In this document: piece after piece, positions 9,854-22,092 of the stretch
Layout: the number at the start of each line of letters is the position of its first letter
Numbering within the stretch: position 1 is the stretch's first letter
DNA from: an uncultured Pseudomonadota bacterium
GTDB lineage: Bacteria > Pseudomonadota > Alphaproteobacteria > JACZXZ01
Reading direction: 5' to 3'
Length of the DNA stretch: 64,000 bases
NCBI GenBank assembly: GCA_963749075.1
Contig: CAVVLJ010000017.1
Location: 992,001-1,056,000, forward strand
Program-made: the position numbers and the translations under genes
The notes under the pieces: model-generated
What the model was told of the DNA's origin: nothing
Seen by the model: the letters and a program-made list of their open reading frames with translations, nothing else
Database searches by the model: none

Positions 9854-10495
9854 CTAGCGCCTGAGGATGAACTCCTCCGGCGCCTGCCGCTCCTCCCATC
9901 CCGCGCGCTCGAGGGCCGGCACCTCGTCCTCGACCTGCGGATAGCCGATGCAGAGGTAGCCGATGAAGCGCCAGCCGGCGGGCACCTCGAGCACGGCCGC
10001 GATGCGCCCGGGATCGAGGATCGAGACCCAGCCGAGGCCGAGACCCTCGGCGCGCGCCGCGAGCCACATGGTGTGGATCGCCATCACCGCGGAATATTCG
10101 CTCATCTCGGGCATGGTGCGGCGGCCGAGGCCGTGGCCTTGCGCCGTCTCTCGGTCGGCGAAGACGGCAAGCTGGATGGGCGCCTCGTCCAATCCCGCGA
10201 GCTTGAGCGTGGCATAGAGCTTGGCCCGCTCGCCCCCGTAGGCGCCGAGCGCTTCTTGATTGCAGGCCGTGAAATTCTCGCGCACCGCGCGGCGGCGTGC
10301 AGGGTCCTCGACGATGACGAAGCGCCAGGGCTGGCTCAGGCCCACCGAGGGCGCGCGGCTGGCGAGCGCGATGAGGCGCTCGAGCGTGCCCGCGGGCGGC
10401 GGCGCCCCGCGAAAGCGCCGCACGTCGCGCCGCCAGGCAAGGAGCTCGGAGAGCTGCGCGCGGAAGGCCTCGTCGAAGCGCGGGGCATGCTTCAT
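9854..10495 (-). CDS. bluB: 5,6-dimethylbenzimidazole synthase
   Basis: WRRDVRRF, APSVGLSQPWRF, LKLAGL, GRRTMPEM..YS, WLAARAEGLGLGWVS, YLCIGYP. Confidence 0.93.
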   Translation of the reverse strand: MKHAPRFDEAFRAQLSELLAWRRDVRRFRGAPPPAGTLERLIALASRAPSVGLSQPWRFVIVEDPARRRAVRENFTACNQEALGAYGGERAKLYATLKLAGLDEAPIQLAVFADRETAQGHGLGRRTMPEMSEYSAVMAIHTMWLAARAEGLGLGWVSILDPGRIAAVLEVPAGWRFIGYLCIGYPQVEDEVPALERAGWEERQAPEEFILRR

Positions 10496-10500
10496 GAAGG

Positions 10501-10607
10501 CTCACCCCCTCCCCCAACCCTCCCCCTTCGAGGGGGAGGGGGAACTTAGCGAGCCTGACAACCTCTTCCCTCCCCCGTTGAGGGGGAGGGTAGGGTGGGG
10601 GGTGGGT
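10501..10607. repeat. G/C-run palindromic intergenic repeat (REP/BIME-like), copy 1
   Basis: Two inverted CCCTCCCCC-N-GGGGGAGGG hairpin units; related copy at 52465-52572. Confidence 0.85.
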
Positions 10608-10620
10608 CAAGCTCCACCGC

Positions 10621-12692
<2,072 letters not shown>

Positions 12693-12764
12693 GCACTAAG
12701 GTTGGACCGGGAACGGGCAAAGGTCAAGGGCAGTCCGGTCCGATCGCTCGGACGGGCCAGAGCG

Positions 12765-14192
12765 CTAGAAGTCCCCGAGGCCGCGCGCGGCGTGGACGAA
12801 CCTCGCAGCAAAACGCGCGGCAAAGCCGGTCGGCGGCGGAGCCGGGGGCGGCGCTTCGGCGGGCGTGGCAATTTCGCGCATGAGGTTGCGGATGAATTTC
12901 GCGTAGCTGTCCTTCCCGATGGTACGCACCACGTTGCGCAAACCCTCGGACTTGAGCCTGAAGTCGGCGACCCCCGCGATCTCCTCGATGAGTGCAACGC
13001 TTTGCGTGGCTCCGAGCGCTTCGAACGCCGCGTCGACCACCTGCTGCACGGCCGCCCGCGCGGCGTCGCGCGCAGCATAGGCGGCGTGGCCCGCGGGGGT
13101 TTCAGCCAACAGCGCTTTGGCCGCATCCAGGCGCGACTTGGCCCGGCAGAAGTCGAGAGCCGCCTGCTGCACGCTCGTCGCTTGCTCGCCGAGCGCCCTC
13201 GCGGTGTCGATGATATTGGAGGCACCCACCCAACCGAAAGGCCTCAGCGAGATGAGCGTCGGGCCGAAATAGCCCCACGCGATGGCTTGGTCGACGAGTG
13301 CCACGACGAACGCGAAATCGAAACCGGTGCGCATGCTGAGCTGAACGGGGTCGACTTCGGTCAGCTGCCGAAACGTCGTGATGCCCTGCTCCTGAAAGCG
13401 CGCCGCGATATCGGAATCGACGCCGGGCAGATTGACGATCTTGTCGGCGGCCTCTCGCGGCGACTCGGTGATATTGAGCGTCTTGGCCGCTCCCGCGCGC
13501 AGCCAGGACAGGATGTCCGCGATGGGCAGCATGGTGATCACGAAGGCAATGAGAATGCCCTTGTCCTTGTCGAGCACGGCCACCGCGTGCCCCATCATCG
13601 GCGAGATCAGCAGACGCAGAGAATAGTAATTGAGATCCCACGGCAGCAGCGTGAGCGAGGCCACGCGGCCGATCAGACTGAGCCCGATCCACAAATATGC
13701 GCCTGCGATCGCCGCAACGGTCAAAGACAGATTGTCCTGCCCGGCCGCTTGGGCCGCGACTGCCACCGTCGCACCCGAGGTATCGAGTATCTTCGAGAGC
13801 TCGGCTGCCGCGAAATTCGTCACAAGCGTACCGTCCTCGGCGAGGATGGCGGCAAAGATCGCCAGCGGCACGGCAAAGGAAATCCAGCCGAAACGCTTGC
13901 TGTAGAGATCGCGCAGGCCCTCCTTGAGCCGCTGCGACGCCTCCAAGGTTTCCGCCGAATTCGGGTCCCGATCCTGCTTGAAACGGTAATCCCGCGACAG
14001 CGAGCCGTAGGTGCTGTTGCCGCCCCAAAATTGGTCGAAATACTGGGCGATCGCAGTCGGCGTGAAATATCCCAGAATCATCCGCCGCCGATAGCGCCGG
14101 CCCCACAGGAGATAGCCGGCGGCCGGAACCACGACGATCGCCTCGAGCGAAACAAGAAGCAGCATGGTGATGTGGTTGGCAATGAAGATCAT
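12765..14192 (-). CDS. Multi-pass membrane protein with a helix-hairpin-helix-like cytoplasmic domain, function unknown
   Basis: GGGGAG RBS before MIFIANH; several hydrophobic spans; NLPGVDSDIAARFQEQGITTFRQL HhH-like motif; more AT-rich than flanks. Confidence 0.7.
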   Translation of the reverse strand: MIFIANHITMLLLVSLEAIVVVPAAGYLLWGRRYRRRMILGYFTPTAIAQYFDQFWGGNSTYGSLSRDYRFKQDRDPNSAETLEASQRLKEGLRDLYSKRFGWISFAVPLAIFAAILAEDGTLVTNFAAAELSKILDTSGATVAVAAQAAGQDNLSLTVAAIAGAYLWIGLSLIGRVASLTLLPWDLNYYSLRLLISPMMGHAVAVLDKDKGILIAFVITMLPIADILSWLRAGAAKTLNITESPREAADKIVNLPGVDSDIAARFQEQGITTFRQLTEVDPVQLSMRTGFDFAFVVALVDQAIAWGYFGPTLISLRPFGWVGASNIIDTARALGEQATSVQQAALDFCRAKSRLDAAKALLAETPAGHAAYAARDAARAAVQQVVDAAFEALGATQSVALIEEIAGVADFRLKSEGLRNVVRTIGKDSYAKFIRNLMREIATPAEAPPPAPPPTGFAARFAARFVHAARGLGDF

Positions 14193-14374
14193 GCTTCTCC
14201 CCCTGCCATGCCGACGCCTATCGTCCGTCTCCGCCGGGATGCCGTGCGGGCGGCGCCGCGACCTGCAAGGGTCGATCCTAACCGAACTGCCCTCGCACAC
14301 GCCAGACGAGAAAAAGTCGACAATGTCAGCGAACCGCCGGCTCGGCTGCGCAAGCGCGGCTTCAGGGTGCGCCC

Positions 14375-15364
14375 TCAGAGCCGTGCCATGGCCGCGGCGC
14401 CGGCGGCCAGCGCAACGGCAACCCAGAGCAGCATGCAGGCGATGCGGTAGAGCGAGAGCGCCCTCCCGATGTCCGCGGCACCCGCGTTGGCGCGGCCGTT
14501 GCCCATCCAGGCGTCCTCGATGGAGAGGCCGCCGTAGCTGCGCGGGCCGGCGAGGCGGAGGCCAAGGGCGCCCGCCATGGCGGCCTCGGGCCAGCCGGCG
14601 TTGGGCGAGCGGTGGCGGCGGGCATAGCACCACACGGCACGCCAGGCGGCAGCCCCATCGCCGCCCGGCACCAAGCAGGCCGCGAGCGTCAGAAGCGCCG
14701 CCGCGAGGCGCGAGGCCGGCAGGTTGACCAGATCGTCGAGCCTTGCCGCGGCCCAGCCGAAGGCGCCGTGCCGCGGCGTCAGATGGCCGAGCATGCTGTC
14801 CGCCGTATTGACCGCCTTGTAGACGGCGACGCCCGGCAGCCCGCAAAGGGCGAGCCAGAAGGCAGGCGCCACCACGCCGTCCGAGAAGTTCTCGGCCAGG
14901 CTCTCGATGGCGGCGCGCGCGACGGCCTGCGCGTCGAGCGCCTCGGGATCGCGGCCCACGATCTCGACGACGGCACGGCGCGCCCCTGCGAGGTCGCCGG
15001 CCTCGAGCGCCTTGGCCACCGCGGCGACGTGCGCGAAGAGGCTCTCTTGGGCGAAGAGGCTCGCGGCGAGGACCGCCTCCACGAGCCAGCCCAAGGGCAG
15101 CGCGCGGGCGAGCTCCGCGATGGCCGCCGCCGCGGCGCCCGAGACGAGGATAACCAATGCCAGGCTCGCGGCCCCGAGCGTACGGCGCACGCCGTCCCCC
15201 CATTCCGCCCGGTTGAGCTCGCGGTCGAGTGCCGCGATCAGGGCACCCATCCAGACGACCGGATGCGCGATGGCGCGATAGAGGGGTGCGGGGTAGCCGA
15301 AGGCCGCCTCGGCGAGGAGGGCCAGGAGCAGGATGCGGAAATCGAGCGGGTCGAGGAGCGTCAT
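14375..15364 (-). CDS. cbiB: Adenosylcobinamide-phosphate synthase (CbiB; CobD in P. denitrificans naming)
   Basis: HPVVWMG, IVGRD, AAIESLAENFSDGVVAP, YKAVNTADSMLGH, HRSPNAGWPEAAMA. Confidence 0.95.
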   Translation of the reverse strand: MTLLDPLDFRILLLALLAEAAFGYPAPLYRAIAHPVVWMGALIAALDRELNRAEWGDGVRRTLGAASLALVILVSGAAAAAIAELARALPLGWLVEAVLAASLFAQESLFAHVAAVAKALEAGDLAGARRAVVEIVGRDPEALDAQAVARAAIESLAENFSDGVVAPAFWLALCGLPGVAVYKAVNTADSMLGHLTPRHGAFGWAAARLDDLVNLPASRLAAALLTLAACLVPGGDGAAAWRAVWCYARRHRSPNAGWPEAAMAGALGLRLAGPRSYGGLSIEDAWMGNGRANAGAADIGRALSLYRIACMLLWVAVALAAGAAAMARL

Positions 15365-15425
15365 TTTGGCCTGCCGAGCGCTCCTGCCATGCTACACTTG
15401 ATGATCCGTGATAACGACTGCCGCG

Positions 15426-16502
15426 ATGCAAGAACGCGAACCCCCGCTCAGCGCAATGCCCGCTCCGCCGCCGCTCTGCCACGGCGGCGATTTGGCGCGC
15501 GTCGCAGCGGAGCCCGGCGCCTTTACCGGCCCCTGGCTCGATCTGAGCACCGGCATCAATCCCTGGCCCTATCCGGCCGGGCGCGTCCCCGACAAGCTCT
15601 GGGCGCGGCTGCCGGGTGCGGCGCTCGAGGCGGCGCTGCGCCGGACCGCCGCCGCCTATTACGGAGCTCCCGACGCCGATTGCCTCGTCCCCGCCCCGGG
15701 CTCCCAGGCGCTCATCCAGTGGCTGCCGCGCTTGCGCGCGCGCGCGCGGGTCGCCGTGCTGGGGCCGGCCTACGGCGAGCACGCCGCGCAATGGTCGGCC
15801 GCCGGCCACGCGGTGGCCGAGGTGCGCGAGCTCGCGGCCATCGACCCCCGGCACGTCGAGGTGGCGGTCGTGGCCAACCCGAACAACCCCGACGGCCGCC
15901 TCTTGGCGCCCGCCGCGCTGCTGCGGCTCGCGGAGCGCCTTGCCGCGCGCGGCGGCTGGCTCGTGGTCGACGAGGCCTTTGCGGACATGACACCCGAGGC
16001 GAGCCTTGCCGGCGAAGCGACGCGGCCCGGCCTCGTCGTGCTGCGCTCCTTCGGCAAGTTCTTCGGGCTAGCCGGCCTGCGCCTCGGCTTTGCCCTCGCC
16101 GGCCCGCCGCTCGCCGGGCTGCTGCGCCAGGCGCTCGGTCCCTGGCCGGTGAGCGGCCCGGCCCTGTGGATCGCCACGGACGCCTTCGCCGACCGGGACT
16201 GGACCGTGGCGACGCGCCGCCGCCTCGCCGAGGCGGCACGGGCGCTCGACGCACTCCTCGCTGGCGCCGGCCTCGAGGTCGCCGGCGGCACCGACCTCTT
16301 CCGCCTGGCAGCGCACCCCGCGGCGCAGCGCGTCTATCGCAGCTTGCTGCGCCACGGCATCTACGTGCGCCACTTCGCCGAGGCGGAGAGATGGCTGCGC
16401 TTCGGCCTGCCGGCCGACGATCGCGGCTGCCGCCGCCTCGAGCGGGCACTCGCGGAGGCGCTCCCGGCGCTGCCTGTGGCAGCCGCGGCCTCCCGTGTCT
16501 GA
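15426..16502 (+). CDS. cobD: Threonine-phosphate decarboxylase (Salmonella CobD; P. denitrificans CobC)
   Basis: [43 protein letters not shown]; start uncertain (15408/15426/15456). Confidence 0.92.
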   Translation: MQEREPPLSAMPAPPPLCHGGDLARVAAEPGAFTGPWLDLSTGINPWPYPAGRVPDKLWARLPGAALEAALRRTAAAYYGAPDADCLVPAPGSQALIQWLPRLRARARVAVLGPAYGEHAAQWSAAGHAVAEVRELAAIDPRHVEVAVVANPNNPDGRLLAPAALLRLAERLAARGGWLVVDEAFADMTPEASLAGEATRPGLVVLRSFGKFFGLAGLRLGFALAGPPLAGLLRQALGPWPVSGPALWIATDAFADRDWTVATRRRLAEAARALDALLAGAGLEVAGGTDLFRLAAHPAAQRVYRSLLRHGIYVRHFAEAERWLRFGLPADDRGCRRLERALAEALPALPVAAAASRV

Positions 16503-17544
16503 GGCCGCAGCACCCCCGGCGGCTTTTGCGACGCTCGCCCAATTCCGCGCCCGCGTCGCCGCCTTCCCCGCCGCCGATGCGGCCGCGGCCGAGGCGGCGC
16601 GCGCGCGCGAGCGCCAGCTCACCAAGCCCGCGGGAGCGCTGGGGCGCCTCGAGGAGCTCGTGGTCTGGCTCGCGGCTTGGCAGGGGCGCCACCCGCCGAG
16701 CGCCGAGCGCCCGCTCTGCCTCGTCTTTGCCGGCAACCATGGTGTGGTAGCGCGCGGGGTCTCGGCCTTCCCCTCCGCCGTCACGCAGCAGATGGTGGCG
16801 AACTTCGCGGCAGGCGGTGCTGCCATCAACCAGCTCTGCAAGGCCTATGGCGCCGCCCTCGAGGTGATCCCCCTCGAGCTCGAGCGGCCGGCCGCCGACT
16901 TCACCGCCGGGCCGGCGCTGAGCGAGGCCGAGTGTGCTAAGGCACTTCTGGTGGGCTGGCGCGCGGTCAAGGCGGGCTCGGACGTGCTGCTGGTGGGCGA
17001 GATGGGCATCGGCAACACGAGCGCTGCGGCGGCCCTCGCCGCGGCGCTTTTCGGCGGCACCGGCGCCGATTGGGCAGGACCCGGCACCGGGCTCGACGCC
17101 GCGGGCGTCGCGCGCAAGGCCGAGGTGGTAGACGAGGCGCTCCGCCTGCATGGTGCGGCACTCGCCGACCCGCTCGAAGCGCTTCGCCGCCTCGGCGGAC
17201 GCGAGCTCGCCGCCGTCTGCGGCGCCGTCGCCGCGGCGCGCATGGCGCGCATCCCGGTCATCCTCGACGGCTTCGTCGCGACCGCCGCGGCCGCACCGCT
17301 CGCCAGGCTCGCGCCCGGCGCACTCGGCCATTGCATAGCCGGGCATGTATCCGCGGAGCCCGGGCACCGCCGCCTCTTGGCCGCACTCGGCAAGGAGCCG
17401 CTCCTCTCCCTCGGCATGCGCTTGGGCGAGGCCTCGGGCGCCGCCATCGCACTCGCCGTGCTCAAGGGCGCCACAGCCTGCCACCGCGGCATGGCCACCT
17501 TCGCCGAGGCCGGCGTGAGCGGGAAAACTCCCTCTCCCGCTTAA
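16495..17544 (+). CDS. cobT: Nicotinate-nucleotide:DMB phosphoribosyltransferase
   Basis: [51 protein letters not shown]. Confidence 0.95.
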   Translation: MSEAAAPPAAFATLAQFRARVAAFPAADAAAAEAARARERQLTKPAGALGRLEELVVWLAAWQGRHPPSAERPLCLVFAGNHGVVARGVSAFPSAVTQQMVANFAAGGAAINQLCKAYGAALEVIPLELERPAADFTAGPALSEAECAKALLVGWRAVKAGSDVLLVGEMGIGNTSAAAALAAALFGGTGADWAGPGTGLDAAGVARKAEVVDEALRLHGAALADPLEALRRLGGRELAAVCGAVAAARMARIPVILDGFVATAAAAPLARLAPGALGHCIAGHVSAEPGHRRLLAALGKEPLLSLGMRLGEASGAAIALAVLKGATACHRGMATFAEAGVSGKTPSPA

Positions 17545-17564
17545 GCCTCGATGACGCACGCATC

Positions 17565-17724
17565 TCGAGGAGGCTTGCGGGGCCACCTGGGGTCCTTCGA
17601 GACGCGCCCCTTCAGGGCGCTCCTCAGGATGAGGCGAAATTGTGTGTGGCAGAAAGACTTTACCTCACCCTGAGGAGCGAGCGGAGCGAGCGTCTCGAAG
17701 GACCCACGGCAGCCGGTCCGAGGC
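17565..17724. repeat. Structured palindromic repeat (TCCTTCGAGACG..CCTCAGGATGAGG..CCTCAyCCTGAGGAG..CGTCTCGAAGGA), copy 1
   Basis: Nested inverted repeats at 17590-17705; flanks and loop shared with copy 2. Confidence 0.85.
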
Positions 17725-17808
17725 ACCTTTGGACAGCACAGCATCACGATTTGGCGGTGATCTTCGGATTTGTGTGTATCAATTAGCTGCTTAAATGAGA
17801 GGAAAAAT

Positions 17809-19122
17809 TCACGCCCGGTCGACGAGGTGGATGAAGGAGCCGGCGACGCGGCCGCTTACGGCGCCGAGCGCGCCGAGCGTCCGGCCGCTCGCGTCCGTTG
17901 CGGTGAAGAGTGGCGCCGCGGCACCCTCGCGGACGACCGTCGCGTAATGGAACTCGTGACCGCGGAAGGCGCTGCCGCTCGGGCCGAGCGGCGAGTGGGC
18001 GGCAAGCTTGAGCGCGCGGTAGCCGAGATGGAGCCGCCCTGCGGCGAAGGAGCTCTCGAGCGCCAGGAGGCCCGCCATGGCGTGGGACTGGCCAGCCGCG
18101 TCCGTGAGACGCTCGCCCAGCACCATATAGCCGCCGCATTCACCGTAGAGCACGGCTCCACGCGCCGCCGCGGCGGAGAGTCCCGCGAGGAAGCGGCCAT
18201 TGCCGGCAAGCCGCCCGGCATGGAGCTCGGGATAGCCGCCCGGCAGATAGACCGCGTCGGCGTCCGTGGCCGGCGCCTCGTCGGCGAGCGGCGAGAACGC
18301 CACGAGCTCGGCGCCTTGCGCGCGCCAGCCCTCGAGGAGATGGGGATAGGCGAAGGCGAAGGCGTCGTCGGTTGCTAAGGCGATGCGCTGGCCGAGCGGC
18401 GGGATGCGCGCCGGCGATGACGGAGGCGCAGCGAGCCGCGACGGGCGGGCGAGCAGTGTCAGCTTCGCGAGACCGACGTGGGCGGCGGCACACTCGGCGG
18501 CGCGCTCGAGGAACGCCTCGAGCTCGCCATGCTCGCGCGCCTGCACGAGGCCGAGGTGGCGCTCAGGCAGCGCCAGCGCCTTATCACGCGGGAGTGCGCC
18601 CAAGAGCGGCAGGCCGACCGCGGCAAGGGCCGCCTCGAGGATCGCCCGGTGGCGCACGCCGCCGACGCGGTTGGCGATCACGGCCGCGACATCGACGCCG
18701 GGGCGAAAGTCGCGGAAGCCCTTGGCCAGCGCCGCGATCGAGGCGCCCTGGCCGCCCGCGTCGATGACCAGCACGACCGGCCAGCCGGCGAGTGCGGCAA
18801 GCTCCGCGGTCGAGCCGCTGCCGTCGTTAGCACCGTCGAAGAGCCCCATGACGCCCTCGACGAGGAGAAGGTCCGCTCCCCGCCCCGCCTCGTCGATGAG
18901 CATGGCAAGCATCTCGCGGCGCATCGCCCAGGGATCGAGGTTGCGGCACGGCCGTCCGCTCGCCGCCGCGTGGAAGGCGGGATCGATGTAGTCGGGCCCG
19001 GCCTTGCAGGAGGCCGCATGCAGGCCCTGGTCGCGGTAGGCCCGCAGGAGGGCGAGCGTCACCGTGGTCTTGCCGCTGCCTGAGGCGGGGGCGGCGATGA
19101 CGATGGCGGGGGCCGAGGCCAT
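17809..19122 (-). CDS. cobB: Cobyrinate/hydrogenobyrinate a,c-diamide synthase
   Basis: SGSGKTT, GPDYID, EGVMGLFDG, ERHLGL, GGYPEL, GECGGYM, GHEFHY. Confidence 0.95.
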   Translation of the reverse strand: MASAPAIVIAAPASGSGKTTVTLALLRAYRDQGLHAASCKAGPDYIDPAFHAAASGRPCRNLDPWAMRREMLAMLIDEAGRGADLLLVEGVMGLFDGANDGSGSTAELAALAGWPVVLVIDAGGQGASIAALAKGFRDFRPGVDVAAVIANRVGGVRHRAILEAALAAVGLPLLGALPRDKALALPERHLGLVQAREHGELEAFLERAAECAAAHVGLAKLTLLARPSRLAAPPSSPARIPPLGQRIALATDDAFAFAYPHLLEGWRAQGAELVAFSPLADEAPATDADAVYLPGGYPELHAGRLAGNGRFLAGLSAAAARGAVLYGECGGYMVLGERLTDAAGQSHAMAGLLALESSFAAGRLHLGYRALKLAAHSPLGPSGSAFRGHEFHYATVVREGAAAPLFTATDASGRTLGALGAVSGRVAGSFIHLVDRA

Positions 19123-19136
19123 GGCGGTTCCGGCGC

Positions 19137-19937
19137 TCAGCGCGGGATGCGCTCGAGTGCGGCGCCGAGCCAGTCGAGCCCGGCGCGCAGGCGCACCACC
19201 TCGCCCACCACCACGATGGCGGGCGGCTTAATCCCGGATGCCGCGGCATCGGCGGCGGCGCGCGCGAGCGTGGTCTCGACCACGCGCTGGGAGGGGAGCG
19301 TGGCGTCGCTCACCAGTGCCACCGGCTCGCTCGCCGGCCGGCCGGCGGCGAGCAGGCGCTCGGCGAGGGCTGCCAAATGCTTGAGCGCCATGTAGATGAC
19401 GAGCACGGGCGAGCCGCGCGCGACGGCCGGCCAGTCGATCCCCTCGGGCACCGCACCCGCCGCATTGTGCCCGGTCATGAAGGTGACGACCGAGTTGCGG
19501 TCGCGATGGGTGAGCGGGATGCCGGCATAGGCGAGCCCGCCGATACCGGCCGAGACGCCCGGCACGATGCGGAAAGGCACGCCGGCTGCGGCCAGGCTCA
19601 GCGCCTCCTCGGCACCTCGGCCGAACACCATGGGATCGCCGCCTTTGAGCCGCAGCACGCGCTTCCCCTCGCGCGCCAGCGCCACGAGACGGTGGGAGAT
19701 GTCGGCCTGGGTGGCCGAGGGCTTGCCGCCGCGCTTTCCCGCATAAACGAGCGTCGCACCCGGGCGCGCGAGTTTGAGGACGGCCTCGCTGACCAGCGCG
19801 TCATAGACGACGGCGTCCGCCTGCCCGAGGCCATGGTGGGCGAGGAGCGTCAGGAGGCCGGGGTCGCCCGGCCCGGCGCCGGTCAGCCACACCCAGCCGG
19901 GCTCGAAGGCGGGGAGCGCGAGCGCGTGCTCGCTCAT
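19137..19937 (-). CDS. cobA: Uroporphyrinogen-III C-methyltransferase
   Basis: GAGPGDPGLLT, YDALV, GKRGG, RLKGGDPMVFGRGAEE, GIPLTHR. Confidence 0.95.
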   Translation of the reverse strand: MSEHALALPAFEPGWVWLTGAGPGDPGLLTLLAHHGLGQADAVVYDALVSEAVLKLARPGATLVYAGKRGGKPSATQADISHRLVALAREGKRVLRLKGGDPMVFGRGAEEALSLAAAGVPFRIVPGVSAGIGGLAYAGIPLTHRDRNSVVTFMTGHNAAGAVPEGIDWPAVARGSPVLVIYMALKHLAALAERLLAAGRPASEPVALVSDATLPSQRVVETTLARAAADAAASGIKPPAIVVVGEVVRLRAGLDWLGAALERIPR

Positions 19938-20008
19938 CGCGGCAATCCCGAGGGAATGCTGGGCCGAGGCGCTGGCGAAGGGGCGGCCACGCGGCCTATA
20001 AGTGCGGC

Positions 20009-21094
20009 ATGGCGGCGAGGAAAGGGAATGCGCTCAGGCGCGGCTGGACGACGGGCGCCTGTGCGACCGCCGCCACCAAGGCCGCCTATACGGCACTCCT
20101 GACCGGCCGCTTTCCCGATCCCGTGACGATCACGCTGCCCAAGGGCGAGACGCCGGCCTTCGCACTTGCCTGCGAGGAGCTCGGCGAGGGCTTTGCTAGC
20201 GCCGGCATCGTCAAGGACGCGGGCGACGATCCGGACGTGACCCATGGCGCCCTCGTGCTGGCGACCGTGCGCCCGGGCCCGGCCGGGAGCGGCGTCGCCT
20301 TCCGCGCAGGCGAAGGGGTCGGCACCGTGACCAAAGCGGGCCTGCCGCTTCCGCCCGGCGAGCCCGCGATCAACCCGGTGCCGCGCGCCATGATGCGGGG
20401 CGTCGTGGCCGAGGTGGCCGGCACTTGCGGCGGCAGCGGCGACGTGGCGATCGAGATCGCCGTCCCGGGCGGCGAGGCGCTCGCGCGCAAGACCTGGAAC
20501 CCGCGGCTCGGCATCCTCGGCGGGCTCTCCATCCTCGGCACCACGGGCGTGGTGGTGCCCTATTCCTGCTCGGCCTGGATCCATTCGATCCAGCGCGGCG
20601 TGGACGTGGCCCGCGCCGAGGGCCTGCGCCACGTGGCAGGTGCCACGGGCTCGACTTCCGAGCGCGCGGTGCAGGCGCTCTACGGCTTGCCCCAATCCGC
20701 CCTCCTCGACATGGGCGACTTCGCGGGCGGACTCCTCAAATACCTGCGCCGCCACCCGCTCCCGCGCCTCACCATCGCCGGCGGCTTCGCCAAGATCGGC
20801 AAGCTCGCGCAAGGCCACCTCGACCTCCACTCCGGGCGCAGCCAGGTCGACCAGGCCTGGCTCGCCGCGCGGCTCTCCGAGCTCGGCGCCGCGGCCGAGA
20901 TCGTTGCCAAGGCAAGGACCGCCAACTCGGCGCTCGAGACACTCGAGCTCGCGCGCGCGGCCGGCCTCGCCATCGGCGACGTGGTGGCGGCACGGGCGCG
21001 CGAGACCGCATTGGGCGTGCTCGCCGGCGCACCCGTCGAGCTCGACGTGCTGGTCTTCGACCGCGCGGGCGCCCTCATCGGCCGCAGCGGATGA
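20009..21094 (+). CDS. cbiD: Cobalt-precorrin-5B C1-methyltransferase
   Basis: LRRGWTTGACATAA, KDAGDDPDVTHG, AINPVPR, RLGILGGLSILGTTG, DLHS. Confidence 0.95.
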   Translation: MAARKGNALRRGWTTGACATAATKAAYTALLTGRFPDPVTITLPKGETPAFALACEELGEGFASAGIVKDAGDDPDVTHGALVLATVRPGPAGSGVAFRAGEGVGTVTKAGLPLPPGEPAINPVPRAMMRGVVAEVAGTCGGSGDVAIEIAVPGGEALARKTWNPRLGILGGLSILGTTGVVVPYSCSAWIHSIQRGVDVARAEGLRHVAGATGSTSERAVQALYGLPQSALLDMGDFAGGLLKYLRRHPLPRLTIAGGFAKIGKLAQGHLDLHSGRSQVDQAWLAARLSELGAAAEIVAKARTANSALETLELARAAGLAIGDVVAARARETALGVLAGAPVELDVLVFDRAGALIGRSG

Positions 21095-21097
21095 GCC

Positions 21098-21290
21098 CTC
21101 GAGGAAGCTTGCAGTGCCGCCGCGGTCCTTCGAGACGCGCCCCTCTTGCGTGATGCAAGAGAGCGGGCCTTCGGCCCGCGAGGCGCCCCTCAGGACGAGG
21201 AAAATTCGTGTGTGGCAGAAAGACTTGACCTCGTCCTGAGGAGCGAGCGCAGCGAGCGTCTCGAAGGACGCACCGGAGCCGGTCCGAGGC
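21098..21290. repeat. Structured palindromic repeat, copy 2 (with two extra hairpins)
   Basis: Same scaffold as 17565-17724 including the loop TGTGTGGCAGAAAGACTT; lies between convergent cbiD and cobM. Confidence 0.85.
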
Positions 21291-21327
21291 CGCTCCCGCG
21301 GGCGTGACGGAACTGAGAAAGAACGTC

Positions 21328-22092
21328 TCATCGCCAGCGCCTCGGGCGCAGCGCGTGGGCGTAATGCTCGTCGTAGAGCGCGCTCTCGCGGAAGCCCTCC
21401 GGTGCCAGCGCGCGGCCGACGAGGATGAGGGCGCTGCGCGCGAGCCTCGCCTTCTCCACCTTGCCGGCGATGTCGGCGAGCGTGCCGCGGATGACGCGCT
21501 CGTCGGGCCAGCTCGCGCGATAGACCACGGCCGCCGGGCAGTCCGAGCCGTAGAGCGGCGTGAGCGTCTCGACGATCGCCGCCATTTTGCGCACGGAGAG
21601 ATGGAGGACGAGGGTGGCGCGTGAGCGTCCGAGCGTCGCTAAGTCCTCGCCCGCCGGCATGGGCGACGACCTCACCGCGGTGCGCGTGAGGATGACGCTC
21701 TGGGAGACACCCGGGAGCGTGAGCTCGCATTTGAGGAGCGCTGCCGCCGCGGCGAAGGCGGGGACGCCGGGCGTCACGTCATAGGGGATGGCGAGGCGGT
21801 CGAGCCGCCGCATCTGCTCGGCGATGGCGCCGTAGAGCGAGGGGTCGCCCGAATGGACGCGCGCCACCTCTTGGACGCGCGCGTGCGCCGCCGCCATCTC
21901 CGCCACGATCTCGTCGAGCGTGAGCGCCGCCGTGTCGATCACCCGCGCACCCTTGGGCGCCGCCGCGATCACCGCGCGCGGCACGAGCGAGCCCGCATAG
22001 AGGCAGACGGGCGAGCGCGCGATGAGGTCGCGGCCGCGCACGGTGATGAGATCGGCGGCACCTGGGCCGGCACCGATGAAATGCACGGTCAT
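21328..22092 (-). CDS. cobM: Precorrin-4 C11-methyltransferase
   Basis: [59 protein letters not shown]. Confidence 0.95.
   Translation of the reverse strand: MTVHFIGAGPGAADLITVRGRDLIARSPVCLYAGSLVPRAVIAAAPKGARVIDTAALTLDEIVAEMAAAHARVQEVARVHSGDPSLYGAIAEQMRRLDRLAIPYDVTPGVPAFAAAAALLKCELTLPGVSQSVILTRTAVRSSPMPAGEDLATLGRSRATLVLHLSVRKMAAIVETLTPLYGSDCPAAVVYRASWPDERVIRGTLADIAGKVEKARLARSALILVGRALAPEGFRESALYDEHYAHALRPRRWR

Noticed and set aside
17541-17786. Small ORFs over the palindromic repeats (LILRS..RVSKD peptides; also near 21100-21300 and 29560-29700)
   Set aside because: They are translations of the repeat itself, with no RBS or independent coding evidence.
20009-21094. cbiD together with cobN as a novel hybrid pathway
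   Set aside because: CbiD replacing CobF in CobN-containing clusters is already known in several Proteobacteria; it is noted only as context.
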